Positions 38,342-47,846 of a DNA stretch of 64,000 bases are shown here, piece after piece (position 1 is the first letter of the stretch; each line of letters starts with the position of its first letter). Where the stretch lies: positions 1 to 64,000 of the IMG/VR virus record IMGVR_UViG_3300025000_000077; one strand, 5' to 3'. Under the pieces are notes generated by a model, which was given only the letters and a program-made list of their open reading frames with translations, was not told the origin of the DNA and made no database searches. Source of the DNA: a virus. The translations under genes were made by a program, and so were the position numbers.

Positions 38342-40426
38342 ATGATAAATATTCAATCCGCGCTGAATGCTGCTAAATCAGGAGGCACAGTCATAATTCC
38401 AGAGGGGGTGTATTCAGTTACATCCCCCCTTATCCAGACATCTAAAAACCTGACAATCAGGGGAGAAGGGGCGGTAACCTTAAACCTTGATGTTGGAAGT
38501 GCTCAAGGTATGCAGTTAGGTGGCACTCTTGTTACTTCTCAGGCTCTTTCGAGCAATGTTCTGAAAGGTTCATCTCAGGTGGTTTTAAGAGATGCTTCCT
38601 CCGTCCGCCAGGGTGATCTAATCCGAATTTGGAAAAATGTAAAATGGTGTCCACTGGATTACCCGGACCAGACCACAGGAGAACTGTACAAGGTCAAAAG
38701 CGTAAGCGGTAATGTCATAGCACTGAATGAGCCTCTTTTGAGAGATTACAGCCTCTCTGATACCGTAAAAACCGAAGTATTCAGGCCCATTGAAGTACAC
38801 ATAGAAAATATCAGATTCCAGAATAAAGATTCAAAAGGAGTTCGGGAAGGACTTGCCCTAAGATACTGTAAGGATTCTTCAGTTTCAAATTGTTGGTTTA
38901 AAGATAATGGTCAGGCATCCCTTAGACTTTTCACCTGTTTCAATGTAAATGTAAAAAATAACGAGATGTATAATTCCGTTCATGAAGGTAATGGTTACGG
39001 GGTCTCTGTTGCTGATACTTGTGCCTTTGTCACAATTGAAGATAATCATATAGAGAACTGCAGACATACTATAATGAGCGGGACAGGGGATTTCAAAGCT
39101 CTTAATCGTGGTGTCGTGATCAATCGCAATACTCTGATAGGGGGAGCTCTTACGGGTGCTCAGGTGGTCGATGCTCATCCTATGACAATTGATTACCTGG
39201 TCACTAATAACAAAATTTACCCAAAGCCTGCTTATATTGCCTTTCTCGATGGTGCATATCGGTCTGAATTTTCAGGAAATGAGGTTTATGGAGGATACGG
39301 GACCGTCGCCAGAAGAGGAAGCGTTAACGGTGGGGTCCACGTCATAAAAAACAACTTCATAAAAAGCGGGTATATTTATGGAGGCATCGGGACCGGGACG
39401 AGTGAAGCCCTTGTCATAAAAGATAATCATCAAGAGGCATGTACCTATCATTATCTTTTCAATTTGAATACCGAGAGTTTCAAGAATATCGTTGTGAGTG
39501 GAAACACTTTTAAGAATGTAGATGCCGCCGGAATTGCACTCACTTATCTGATAAACGGCGTGAATTTGGAAATCTCGAATAACACTTTTGAAAATGTGAA
39601 ATCTACCGCGATCTCTGTTAATGGAAACTCTCACACAAATGGGAAAACCATTATAAGGGACAACAAATTTACAAATGTCGGCGGGAAAATATCACTAACT
39701 GGAATTACAGCAAGTGAAACCGGCTCAATTGATATCCCAGGTGAAGAGGATTATCAAGGTTCATTGGCCGACAAATACGCTAACAGACTCAGAGAAGCAG
39801 CTCCGGAAACAGTATATAAGGATCCCGAATACATCGACGTTGGTGGCACAGATGGACCTCGGTGGAGGGATGTTATCTATTTTGATCTGAGCGAGTATGC
39901 AGGTATGGAGGACCTGACCGGGACATTATCCCTGAATTGGTATTACCCAGAGGGAAAAACGAGAACTCAGGATACAGTAATCGAAATATACCGGCCTGCT
40001 TATGCTTGGCATCCCGACCACACAAGCTGGATCAACAGGGTACATGATAAAGCATGGAATAATCCCGGCGGTGACTGGTATGATAAAAACGGTGTATCTC
40101 AGGGGAGCACTCCCTATGCAAGCATCACAATAAAGGGGAGTTCTCTGCCAGACAACAAATATTATGATCTGGATGTGTCCGGGCTCGTAGGAGAATATCT
40201 AAGCGGAAAATATGAGAATACGGGATTCTTGATTAAAGCGCGGTCAGAGGGGAGTAATTATATTGCATTCCGGGGGATGGTTGCTGAGAGTAAGCCGCTT
40301 TTGACTGTTCGTGGGGCTGTGAACGAAACGGTTATGTGTGGGGGATGTGGTAATGGAACTTGGGTTATTAAAAAAGAGGAGGGAGTAATAAAGATTCTAT
40401 GTGAAAAGTGTCTGGAGGAATATTGA
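38342..40426 (+). CDS. Beta-helix protein with C-terminal DNRLRE (disaggregatase-repeat) domain
   Basis: Beta-helix paralogous to 36328-38325; ANRLREAAPETVY...FDLSEY...IEIYRPA...PGGDWYDKNGVSQGSTPYA...ENTGFLIKAR. Confidence 0.85.
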   Translation: MINIQSALNAAKSGGTVIIPEGVYSVTSPLIQTSKNLTIRGEGAVTLNLDVGSAQGMQLGGTLVTSQALSSNVLKGSSQVVLRDASSVRQGDLIRIWKNVKWCPLDYPDQTTGELYKVKSVSGNVIALNEPLLRDYSLSDTVKTEVFRPIEVHIENIRFQNKDSKGVREGLALRYCKDSSVSNCWFKDNGQASLRLFTCFNVNVKNNEMYNSVHEGNGYGVSVADTCAFVTIEDNHIENCRHTIMSGTGDFKALNRGVVINRNTLIGGALTGAQVVDAHPMTIDYLVTNNKIYPKPAYIAFLDGAYRSEFSGNEVYGGYGTVARRGSVNGGVHVIKNNFIKSGYIYGGIGTGTSEALVIKDNHQEACTYHYLFNLNTESFKNIVVSGNTFKNVDAAGIALTYLINGVNLEISNNTFENVKSTAISVNGNSHTNGKTIIRDNKFTNVGGKISLTGITASETGSIDIPGEEDYQGSLADKYANRLREAAPETVYKDPEYIDVGGTDGPRWRDVIYFDLSEYAGMEDLTGTLSLNWYYPEGKTRTQDTVIEIYRPAYAWHPDHTSWINRVHDKAWNNPGGDWYDKNGVSQGSTPYASITIKGSSLPDNKYYDLDVSGLVGEYLSGKYENTGFLIKARSEGSNYIAFRGMVAESKPLLTVRGAVNETVMCGGCGNGTWVIKKEEGVIKILCEKCLEEY

Positions 40427-40434
40427 ATTGAAAT

Positions 40435-40617
40435 TTAGAGGGGGAGTTTTACACTCTCCTTTCTCCCACCCATTAAACCCCATGACATACCCAGCGTCTT
40501 GAACTGCTCTTGCAAATTTTCCATATTCATGATGACACTGTAAACATTTTCTACGATATACCCAATATTCATCCTCAAGTGCTCTTTCGGTTCGCTTGAA
40601 TTAATCTTCTTTTTCAT
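40435..40617 (-). CDS. Hypothetical protein
   Basis: Small ORF in the minus-strand accessory operon. Confidence 0.45.
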   Translation of the reverse strand: MKKKINSSEPKEHLRMNIGYIVENVYSVIMNMENLQEQFKTLGMSWGLMGGRKESVKLPL

Positions 40618-40637
40618 TTATTTCGGATAGTTCCATG

Positions 40638-40835
40638 TTATTTATACTCCTTCTGTTCATATTTTTTTATGAAATAATCACCCACGGCACATCGAACACG
40701 GATTTCATATTCCATTCTGAGCTTGCTTTCCTCAATTATTTCATGTAATTCTTGACGAGTAACAACATCTGCCATGCAAACAATTGGCTGGGGATCTTTT
40801 ATAATTGGATTCAAACTAAAAAAGAAAGGTAACAT
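40638..40835 (-). CDS. Hypothetical protein
   Basis: Small ORF in the minus-strand accessory operon. Confidence 0.5.
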   Translation of the reverse strand: MLPFFFSLNPIIKDPQPIVCMADVVTRQELHEIIEESKLRMEYEIRVRCAVGDYFIKKYEQKEYK

Positions 40836-40841
40836 TTATTC

Positions 40842-41240
40842 TCAGTCCCCATCAGTCCCACAAAACTTTGAAAACTCTGCTCCTTTCAAGATGCAGAATT
40901 CTTTTCCGATTACGTCATTAACTTTCATGTATCCGTCATAACTAGACAGGCAATACCATTTATCATACATTGAAATATGTTTACACTTTATTGCTACTAA
41001 TGCCTCTTTTTTATAACGCAGTTCTGGAAATACCATCAATCCTACATTTTCACCATCGTTATTTATAAATGATATATCTGCTCCGTATGGATCTAATTTA
41101 ATGTTTGAAAATCCTGCTTCGGTAAGTTGTTCAATTATAGTTTTCATTGATTTCAATCTCCATTCTTTTGTTCCTTCTTTCCCGCCCTTTGTCCATTGCC
41201 ATTCTACGGTATCAGGCATGGATAGGAGAGGCTTATTCAC
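40842..41240 (-). CDS. Hypothetical protein
   Basis: 132-aa ORF in operon. Confidence 0.6.
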   Translation of the reverse strand: MNKPLLSMPDTVEWQWTKGGKEGTKEWRLKSMKTIIEQLTEAGFSNIKLDPYGADISFINNDGENVGLMVFPELRYKKEALVAIKCKHISMYDKWYCLSSYDGYMKVNDVIGKEFCILKGAEFSKFCGTDGD

Positions 41241-41568
41241 TAAACTTATTCACTTCATTCAACACAAGCTCAGAAACAGATTTTACCATCTTATATTTTC
41301 TCATTAAGTGGTAATCCCAACCTTCCCCAAACTCACATTCACAGACATCAAAATCAGGATCTACTCCATACGGCTGTTCGTCCCAATCGAAATCTGGATC
41401 AGTCATTTTTTACACACACCACGCATCCACTTAATACCGGAATATCTATTTTAACTTCCAAATCTTCACAAAAACCATTTTTCAGACTTTCGCATGAGAT
41501 ACAATTTTTCGATTGTAATATATTGAAACTTTGGGGGTCATCCATTTATGCTCTCCTTTTTTATCCAC

Positions 41569-41757
41569 CTATTTAAGTTTCTTAATAGCTTTTTCTAGGT
41601 CTGTTATATGGGATTCCCACCGCATAAGATCCTCCTCATCGTCTGTTTTGTAGTACCGAACTGAAGCTGGGTCTTTAACCCATTTAACATTTGATTTAAG
41701 CAGATCTAGTTCATTTTGAAGAATTTCTATGGCATATGACATTTTATTCACTCTCAT
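41569..41757 (-). CDS. Hypothetical coiled-coil protein
   Basis: ORF in operon; start possibly MSYAIE. Confidence 0.55.
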   Translation of the reverse strand: MRVNKMSYAIEILQNELDLLKSNVKWVKDPASVRYYKTDDEEDLMRWESHITDLEKAIKKLK

Positions 41758-41887
41758 TTAACTTTAAATTAAAATCTCCCACAGTCCCAATCGGTACAGG
41801 GAGCACATTTATTATATTCTCCGATGATTTGTTGTCTTCATCTTTGAGTAATATTCGTGTTGGTCTCATTTTTATTATTTTAGACAT

Positions 41888-42118
41888 TTATTCCAACTCC
41901 TTACCTGTCCACTGATAATATTCAGGATCGTCAGAAGGTGCGTTTTCGACCTTCTCGATAATTCCTTTGTCAATCAATGCTCTTAAGGTGTTTCCTGTGA
42001 AACCTGGGACGGATTTCAATTCAACTGAAGTAAACTTTCTTCCATTCTCCCAAGCATTCAACTGTTTAATTTTGTCTAATGTAGATTCTTGTATTCCTGT
42101 CCGTGTCATAGTTACCAC
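41888..42118 (-). CDS. Small winged-helix-like protein
   Basis: FTSVEL...TLRALIDKGIIEK. Confidence 0.55.
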   Translation of the reverse strand: MVTMTRTGIQESTLDKIKQLNAWENGRKFTSVELKSVPGFTGNTLRALIDKGIIEKVENAPSDDPEYYQWTGKELE

Positions 42119-42319
42119 ATTGTAGCTTAGTTGCTATGTTACTATACAACTTATAGGTATAAGTACTTAACTGAAAATAATAACATGTGAATAAAAGTAA
42201 CAATTCAAAATGAAACTCAAAAATAGTTTTATTACCGAGAGTAATACAAAAAAACAGGTTGGTATGTAATTATAATACAAAACGTATTACTCGGATGTGG
42301 TTTTATAAAAAGTGAAAAA

Positions 42320-43021
42320 TCAAGAAGAACATTCTTCGGATTTCAGATTATTATATTCTTCTTTTGTATAATAACATTTATAATCATATTTCTCTTTTAA
42401 AATTGTCTTGAAATAATCTTCCCATCTATCTCTATCAAAGTTTGTTTTCCCATGACATTCTTCACAAAGTGGAACCATCATCACTTTAGAACTGTCACAA
42501 CATGCATTTTTATTATAGTCTACGTGATGAACATATAACATCTTACGATTGTCTTCTTGTGGTTTCCCACATAGAAAACATTTATTCCCAAAAAACGATC
42601 TCACCCTTCTTTTTAAATCAGCATTGAATTTACTGCAGTATATTCCATAATTAACTCCACCACGCCAGTTTTTAGAAAGCCACCCTGTATTTAACAACCC
42701 ATTCTTCTCCCGTATGGGTTTCATAGCAATGCGAACACATTTATCACTACAATATTTCCGATTTCCTTCGAAACTATAATTTATGTAAAATATTGTGTTG
42801 CATACAGGACACTCAACTGCATTGCATTTATACACCGTTTTGTGTTTTCCATTTTCGCGGTCTCTAACATCTTTTGGTAAATCTAAAAATGATATTTCCC
42901 CTGCTTTACATTTTTTTAACAGGTATCTATCCATGCAGTTTTCAGAACAAAAATGAAGTTCTTTATATATATGATCACACATATTGATTACAGGTTCTCC
43001 ACAGCACAAACAATAAATCAT
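42320..43021 (-). CDS. Zn-finger/HNH endonuclease-like protein
   Basis: CFLCG...VHHVDYNK...VPLCEECHGK plus N-terminal FCSENC and YCSDKC motifs. Confidence 0.8.
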   Translation of the reverse strand: MIYCLCCGEPVINMCDHIYKELHFCSENCMDRYLLKKCKAGEISFLDLPKDVRDRENGKHKTVYKCNAVECPVCNTIFYINYSFEGNRKYCSDKCVRIAMKPIREKNGLLNTGWLSKNWRGGVNYGIYCSKFNADLKRRVRSFFGNKCFLCGKPQEDNRKMLYVHHVDYNKNACCDSSKVMMVPLCEECHGKTNFDRDRWEDYFKTILKEKYDYKCYYTKEEYNNLKSEECSS

Positions 43022-43023
43022 AT

Positions 43024-43683
43024 TTAAGCCTCTCTGTTTTTCTTTACCCTCTCTTCATCATCCCATCTTTCAACCCACCGATAAAGCGTAGATGCCGGGA
43101 TCTGCATCACTCTAGCAATCTGAGCAGTTTTTAACCCCTGTGTTTTCCACTTAAGATATTCTTTCTTGTCCGGCTGTCTCTCCGGTCTACCTATTACTTT
43201 TCCTTCCTCTCTTGCCCTCTCGATGCCTAACTTTGTTCTTTCAACTAGAGAGTTCCTTTCAAGTTCCGCAAACCAACTAAATAAAGCAGAAAATATATTT
43301 CGTATTCCAGGGATGTCTGTAATCTTAGTCCATGTTTCATTATTTGATAGTGAAATTATTACAGTGCCGTATGATTCGATCTCTATGAACAGTTGTAAAG
43401 ATTCGATAGATGTTCTTCCAAGTCTCGATATCTCAAAAATATATAACTTATCAACTTCTCCATTTTGCACACGTTCAAATATATGTTTAAATCCATTCCT
43501 TTTCTTTGCAGGCGTTAAACTGGAAACACCTTCGTCACCGTAAATGTTTGAAGGTTCTAACCCAAGCTCACGCAGTTTACGCAATTGATTTGAAATGTTC
43601 TGTTCATCTCTTGATGTTCTGGCATAACCCAAAGACACTTTGTTTTTTTCTTCGATTACCATAACTATATTTATGGTTACCAT
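43024..43683 (-). CDS. Small serine recombinase (resolvase/invertase) with C-terminal HTH
   Basis: GYARTS..EQ...Q, DEGVS, SRLGR, AELER...ERTKLGIERAREEGKVIGRP, IPASTLYRW; start may be 43662. Confidence 0.93.
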   Translation of the reverse strand: MVTINIVMVIEEKNKVSLGYARTSRDEQNISNQLRKLRELGLEPSNIYGDEGVSSLTPAKKRNGFKHIFERVQNGEVDKLYIFEISRLGRTSIESLQLFIEIESYGTVIISLSNNETWTKITDIPGIRNIFSALFSWFAELERNSLVERTKLGIERAREEGKVIGRPERQPDKKEYLKWKTQGLKTAQIARVMQIPASTLYRWVERWDDEERVKKNREA

Positions 43684-43830
43684 ACTATTTAAACATTGCT
43701 CAATCGTTTAAAGTAATATAAAACGGTCGTTTATGGTAATATATGACGGCTTGTATAATTGAAATATGATATAAAAAAGATATAAATCCATTCTAAACAT
43801 CGGCGGTTTTATATAATATTACAATAAATC
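43656..43830. promoter_or_regulatory. Candidate res-like site: palindromes upstream of the resolvase
   Basis: ACCATA-N8-TATGGT (43658-43677), TTTAAAC-N11-GTTTAAA (43688-43712), AAACGGTCGTTT (43721-43732). Confidence 0.4.
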
Positions 43831-44128
43831 AAATACATTAATTATAATCCAAATTATTAATCTCCCCAAATACCCAACCCACACCACGTCCCACACAAAA
43901 ACTCTACCCTAAACAAACAAAAAACCATACAAAACGCATAGCAAAAAATAACCGATGCCGTTTTAATGTTCAAGGAGTATAAAACAGTATAAGAAACTTA
44001 ACACCCAAAATAAAATAAAAACCTTAAAATACTATGAAGAAATATTAAATGTGCCTCAGTGTACTACCCCACATTGAGACTCAAATCCTCTGAAAAACAG
44101 ACCTCTTCTTCCTTAGAAAAACGAGCTG

Positions 44129-44207
44129 AAAAACCGCCAGGAGTTGAACGGAGCTAACGTTAAGAAACCTGGCGGTATCTCATGCAGTGTGCAAAACACT
44201 CTGCAAC
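44129..44207 (-). ncRNA. Predicted antisense sRNA: two hairpins, second loop complementary to the GAACGGAGCTA translation-start motif
   Basis: BRE/TATA-like CCAAAATAATATATA (44243-44229, minus); hairpin 44205-44183; 9-bp stem 44176-44168/44141-44133 with loop UUUCUUAACGUUAGCUCCGUUCAACU; followed by a U-tract. Confidence 0.6.
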
Positions 44208-44341
44208 TACTATTTTATGTTCTACCCCTATATATTATTTTGGTATTATTTTATTATATCCTCGGATATCCATTTCTGAAGTTATAATAATATATAATTA
44301 TACCGCAGCCGTTTTTAAAAAAAAGAAAGTTGAATTAATTT

Positions 44342-44536
44342 TTATAAGTCGGGCTGATTCCAATAATCAGGCTCTTTATCGGGAGTCTGTGGGATGAATT
44401 CAACATTATACAGACATGTCCTGCCGTCTGGTGTATCCTCCGAGGTGGTGGGATATATCTTTTGCATCGCCCTGAAACTGGTAAAAGGGATTTGAGAGCA
44501 GTGCTTATGCCAATAGAGAGGGATATCAAGGGGCAT
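44342..44536 (-). CDS. Small Cys-containing hypothetical protein
   Basis: Coupled directly after 44537-44995. Confidence 0.5.
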   Translation of the reverse strand: MPLDIPLYWHKHCSQIPFTSFRAMQKIYPTTSEDTPDGRTCLYNVEFIPQTPDKEPDYWNQPDL

Positions 44537-44995
44537 TTAATTTGTCCTCCCGGAGAGTGTCGTATCCTCCCTGGATACTGCGAGCAGTTTGTCAATTTTT
44601 GAAATAATTCCGTCGATGTTATACGGGCGGACAAACGTTGTGTTTTCATTCAGGGGGTCTGAGTCAATTTCAAACCCCTCCTCTATGACATTATCCGGGG
44701 CTGTGTCAGTCACGCGCCCGGTGAGTTGATCCCACTCCGTAATAAACGATCTTGCCAGGTCGTGCTCACTGCCTGTTATTGTGTCGAGTGAGACGAAACC
44801 ACCGGTTACGGCATCATAGATGGACCATTTGTCTGACGGTTTTGAGCTGTCGACTTGCAGTCCGAGTCTGGCGTTAAGTTGATAATTTCCGGTTACTCGG
44901 CTGGGGTTGATTTTAAAATCTCTATGCTTCTCTGCCATTTCGATAAGATGATTTTCTAACATTAGTTCCATGATGTGTGCCCCCGTTATACCCAT
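44537..44995 (-). CDS. Hypothetical protein
   Basis: ORF in operon; start probably MELMLEN. Confidence 0.6.
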   Translation of the reverse strand: MGITGAHIMELMLENHLIEMAEKHRDFKINPSRVTGNYQLNARLGLQVDSSKPSDKWSIYDAVTGGFVSLDTITGSEHDLARSFITEWDQLTGRVTDTAPDNVIEEGFEIDSDPLNENTTFVRPYNIDGIISKIDKLLAVSREDTTLSGRTN

Positions 44996-45378
44996 TTTAA
45001 AGCGGCAGTTGGTTTGACATCAGTGGTCTTCCTGAACTCCAGAACTTCAGGATGAGTCTCAGCGTAGGTATCAATGGCCTTGGTATCATATGATGTCCTC
45101 ACAGCTCCTTTTCTGTATTTGAGCTCTACAAAATCACATTCAAAGTTTGACTGAGATTCAATTATGTAGTCCTTTGCTTTTTGGATCAAGTTCTCTGCGT
45201 ATTCCTGCTGCGGTTTGATATTATCCAGTGTGTGATACGCAACTTTAAGAGTGTTTTTTAAAAGATCGTCGGTTGCGTCCTCTTGTGTTTTCCCAAAGCC
45301 CGCCGGACTAACTCCGATATTAATAAAATCTTCAAATGTTGCACACCAATCTGAACCATCTAAAAATATTTTTATCAT
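44986..45378 (-). CDS. Hypothetical phage protein (C-terminus weakly Gp157/Gam-like)
   Basis: Preceded by the GAACGGAGCTA motif; KYRKGAVRTSYD...RKTTDVKP. Confidence 0.55.
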   Translation of the reverse strand: MIKIFLDGSDWCATFEDFINIGVSPAGFGKTQEDATDDLLKNTLKVAYHTLDNIKPQQEYAENLIQKAKDYIIESQSNFECDFVELKYRKGAVRTSYDTKAIDTYAETHPEVLEFRKTTDVKPTAALKWV

Positions 45379-45379
45379 G

Positions 45380-45535
45380 TTAATTAGCTCCGTTCTGGAT
45401 CTGATCTAATAATTCCTCATTCTCTGTTTTCAGTCTCTCTAATTCTATTTTGAGCTGTTCAATTTCCTCGTCTTTTTCATCCAGTTCGCTCTCAAGATCA
45501 CTGAGCATGTCTATTATTTTAGATATTTGCACCAT
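45380..45535 (-). CDS. Small acidic coiled-coil protein (51 aa, not in ORF track)
   Basis: MVQISKIIDMLSDLESELDEKDEEIEQLKIELERL..., motif 7 nt upstream of ATG. Confidence 0.6.
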   Translation of the reverse strand: MVQISKIIDMLSDLESELDEKDEEIEQLKIELERLKTENEELLDQIQNGAN

Positions 45536-45551
45536 TGTTATAGCTCCGTTC

Positions 45552-46328
45552 TTATTTTCTCCTTATCCCTAATGTTCGCTCATAATCCTCAAATCTCGAC
45601 TTTATGATTTCTTTTCGGTCATCTGATCGGATTACTACACCCTCGGCTAACCCACTGTGACCATTTATGCCCGCATGTGTTGTCCTGTACGACTGTAAAA
45701 AATCATATGTTTCTTCGATGCCTGTCGGGATATCGCGCCCGTATAGGTTCCCGCAAAAGGGTACTTGTTCGAGATTGAAACGTATACAAAACTCAGACCG
45801 GCCTTCTGTGTTAAAAAACGACTGCCCGCCATTGTCTCTCCAATTTGCGATTTGTTCACGAGGCATTTTAAGAAGTGATATATATTCAATTGGGTTTATA
45901 TACATCACATCAAAAACTCTAACATCGTAGGTTTTCGAGTCAGTGTACTGTTTTGTAGCCTGGAGTTTACCGCCGTACAACTCCGAAAATATTGTATAAA
46001 TGCCTTTTGGGATATTGTTCTGTATATCAATAGATATTTTTTTGCAGTCGGTTAGAGAATTGTCCACGATGTCAAGGGATGGATTTATTATCCTGTCTCC
46101 TTCAGCGTGGAGCAATTCTTCCCGTGATCCGATCACGTAATCGCAATAAGATGAATTTATAAAAATCTTTCTCGTGTTTGTCCCATCTATTTTTTCAGAT
46201 ACGTGATATATCCTATCTGGATCGAGTGTGACTGATAATTCTGGCTGTAACCTGCCCCGGTTGCCCATTTTGTGATATGTTTTTATTTCCGGGTATTTAG
46301 TCATCGAATTTAGTTTGTTAAAATCCAT
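45552..46328 (-). CDS. RNA ligase (Rnl2-like nucleotidyltransferase)
   Basis: Motif I SEKIDGTN, III FSELYG, IIIa VFDV, IV AEGVVIR, V IIKSR; start reassigned to 46328 from the RBS motif. Confidence 0.85.
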   Translation of the reverse strand: MDFNKLNSMTKYPEIKTYHKMGNRGRLQPELSVTLDPDRIYHVSEKIDGTNTRKIFINSSYCDYVIGSREELLHAEGDRIINPSLDIVDNSLTDCKKISIDIQNNIPKGIYTIFSELYGGKLQATKQYTDSKTYDVRVFDVMYINPIEYISLLKMPREQIANWRDNGGQSFFNTEGRSEFCIRFNLEQVPFCGNLYGRDIPTGIEETYDFLQSYRTTHAGINGHSGLAEGVVIRSDDRKEIIKSRFEDYERTLGIRRK

Positions 46329-46495
46329 TGTTATAGCTCCGTCCATATACTCTAATTTTAAAATTGACAACTGTTAAACGATCATTTAAATGATCAATTT
46401 TCCTTGAGTCCCTTTCACTCTGCAAACTTTTGAGAATCGCTGCCTTCTCGTCGATTAGATATTGTTTCCTAAGTGGGATCTCAACGCATTGCAAT

Positions 46496-46759
46496 TTATT
46501 CACTCCCTACAAAGTAGGCCCGCCCGCTTTCAAGCATCTCAAACCATGCCCTTGAATCTACAAAATACTTCATATCCCCGGATGTAGCCGGACGATATTT
46601 ACCGGTTGAGTTTTCGAGGTCTTCTGCGAGGAGGGGACGTTTTGAGAACTCCTCTATGTATAGGTTTCCTGATTTGATCAGTGCCCACATTACCCGGATA
46701 CAGTGGCTCAGAATACCACCATCCCGAGATAAGCTTCTGATTTTGAATACCGCAGGCAC
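46496..46759 (-). CDS. Hypothetical protein
   Basis: ORF in operon; start uncertain. Confidence 0.45.
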   Translation of the reverse strand: MPAVFKIRSLSRDGGILSHCIRVMWALIKSGNLYIEEFSKRPLLAEDLENSTGKYRPATSGDMKYFVDSRAWFEMLESGRAYFVGSE

Positions 46760-47064
46760 AGAGGCAATTCCTGCCCGAATAACGTGTCATACATGATTGA
46801 GCAATGATCACAGGATAATTCGTTGCATGAGACTGTAGGGAGTATCAGAGAGGCTATTACCGGGAGTTCCATCAAGCTCTCACCTTCGTTTTACATCTTC
46901 CCTTCTTGGACGATGTGAATATTACCCATATTGAATTGAAATACATCATTGTTTTTTGTTTTCGGGCAGCCATCTTCAAAACACCCTTACCCTAAGTTTC
47001 TTTTTGATACCACATGCCCGGTATCTTCTCTCTGCAAGTCGGCGGCCAATGAGGTTTGTAGGGA

Positions 47065-47217
47065 TCATGCGCTGATCCCTCTTAGGTATATAGTATCTAC
47101 AGCGCATTTGTCGCCGTCATCAAATTTAACAAGGGTTTCGTCTTCGTTTCCCTGTAGAACAGTACCGCATGTTTTCATCTTTCTGAATTGTACTCTGGTT
47201 CCAATTTTGAAACTCAT
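47065..47217 (-). CDS. Small SH3-like beta-barrel protein
   Basis: FKIGTRVQF...GTV...LVKFDDG; motif 7 nt upstream. Confidence 0.55.
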   Translation of the reverse strand: MSFKIGTRVQFRKMKTCGTVLQGNEDETLVKFDDGDKCAVDTIYLRGISA

Positions 47218-47355
47218 TTTCATAGCTCCGTTCTTTTTGTGAGGATCACGTTTTTCTATACTAATACTACACACTTATGACATATAAACTTTACTATTAA
47301 TCGATTATTAATGGGTTGTTGGAAGATTTACAGTTGATTATCAATAGATTTATAT

Positions 47356-47553
47356 GTGATAAAAGCATATAGGATACATATGGCAGCGATGGATAAACAG
47401 ATAGTTGTCAGTGATTTTGTTGACGAGTATCTAAAAAACATGAAGGACGACGAAAGTCATTCGAACATTGATTCAGTAATAAGAACACTGATTCATGAAA
47501 GTGAAGCGTATAGAATGATGAAACCGAAGAGAAAAGCGAGGAAACAAGAATGA
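47356..47553 (+). CDS. Ribbon-helix-helix-like regulator
   Basis: KQIVVSDFVDEYLKNMK...IDSVIRTLI; sits at a divergent promoter; start probably 47380. Confidence 0.6.
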   Translation: MIKAYRIHMAAMDKQIVVSDFVDEYLKNMKDDESHSNIDSVIRTLIHESEAYRMMKPKRKARKQE

Positions 47554-47846
47554 AAAATGAAAACAACACACTTACTGCTTGCAAGCCAGATGATCAAACT
47601 GAATACATAAACAAAATAATAGGGAACTTTGAATATATTAAAAAAGATATTAACAAAGTACAGAAATTGTTGGGTGATTCTCCACAGAATAAATTAAGAA
47701 GCTTTGAAAATATCTCGAAATCCAGATTATATGCTAAAGAGATAAGGGAATGTGCAGATTGGATTATTAAGCAGACTGTACAGCTTGAAGAAGATATAAT
47801 TATATGGGGAGATTCGAGGAATGAGAATCTCACGGACTCAACCTAA
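47550..47846 (+). CDS. Hypothetical protein
   Basis: ATGA overlap with the upstream gene. Confidence 0.55.
   Translation: MKNENNTLTACKPDDQTEYINKIIGNFEYIKKDINKVQKLLGDSPQNKLRSFENISKSRLYAKEIRECADWIIKQTVQLEEDIIIWGDSRNENLTDST

Noticed and set aside
8288-39634. Numerous antisense or alternate-frame ORFs overlapping long structural genes
   Set aside because: Shadow ORFs without RBS or recognisable motifs, opposite well-supported genes.
43024-43683. Serine integrase or IS607 transposase
   Set aside because: Only about 215 aa with a C-terminal HTH; lacks recombinase/zinc-ribbon domains and the N-terminal MerR-like HTH of IS607 TnpA.
44182-44397. Plus-strand 71-aa ORF as the gene served by the motif copy at 44146
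   Set aside because: The ATG is 27 nt from the motif (others are 6-9 nt), the motif is enclosed in a hairpin, and the product is low-complexity AT-rich translation overlapping a minus-strand gene.
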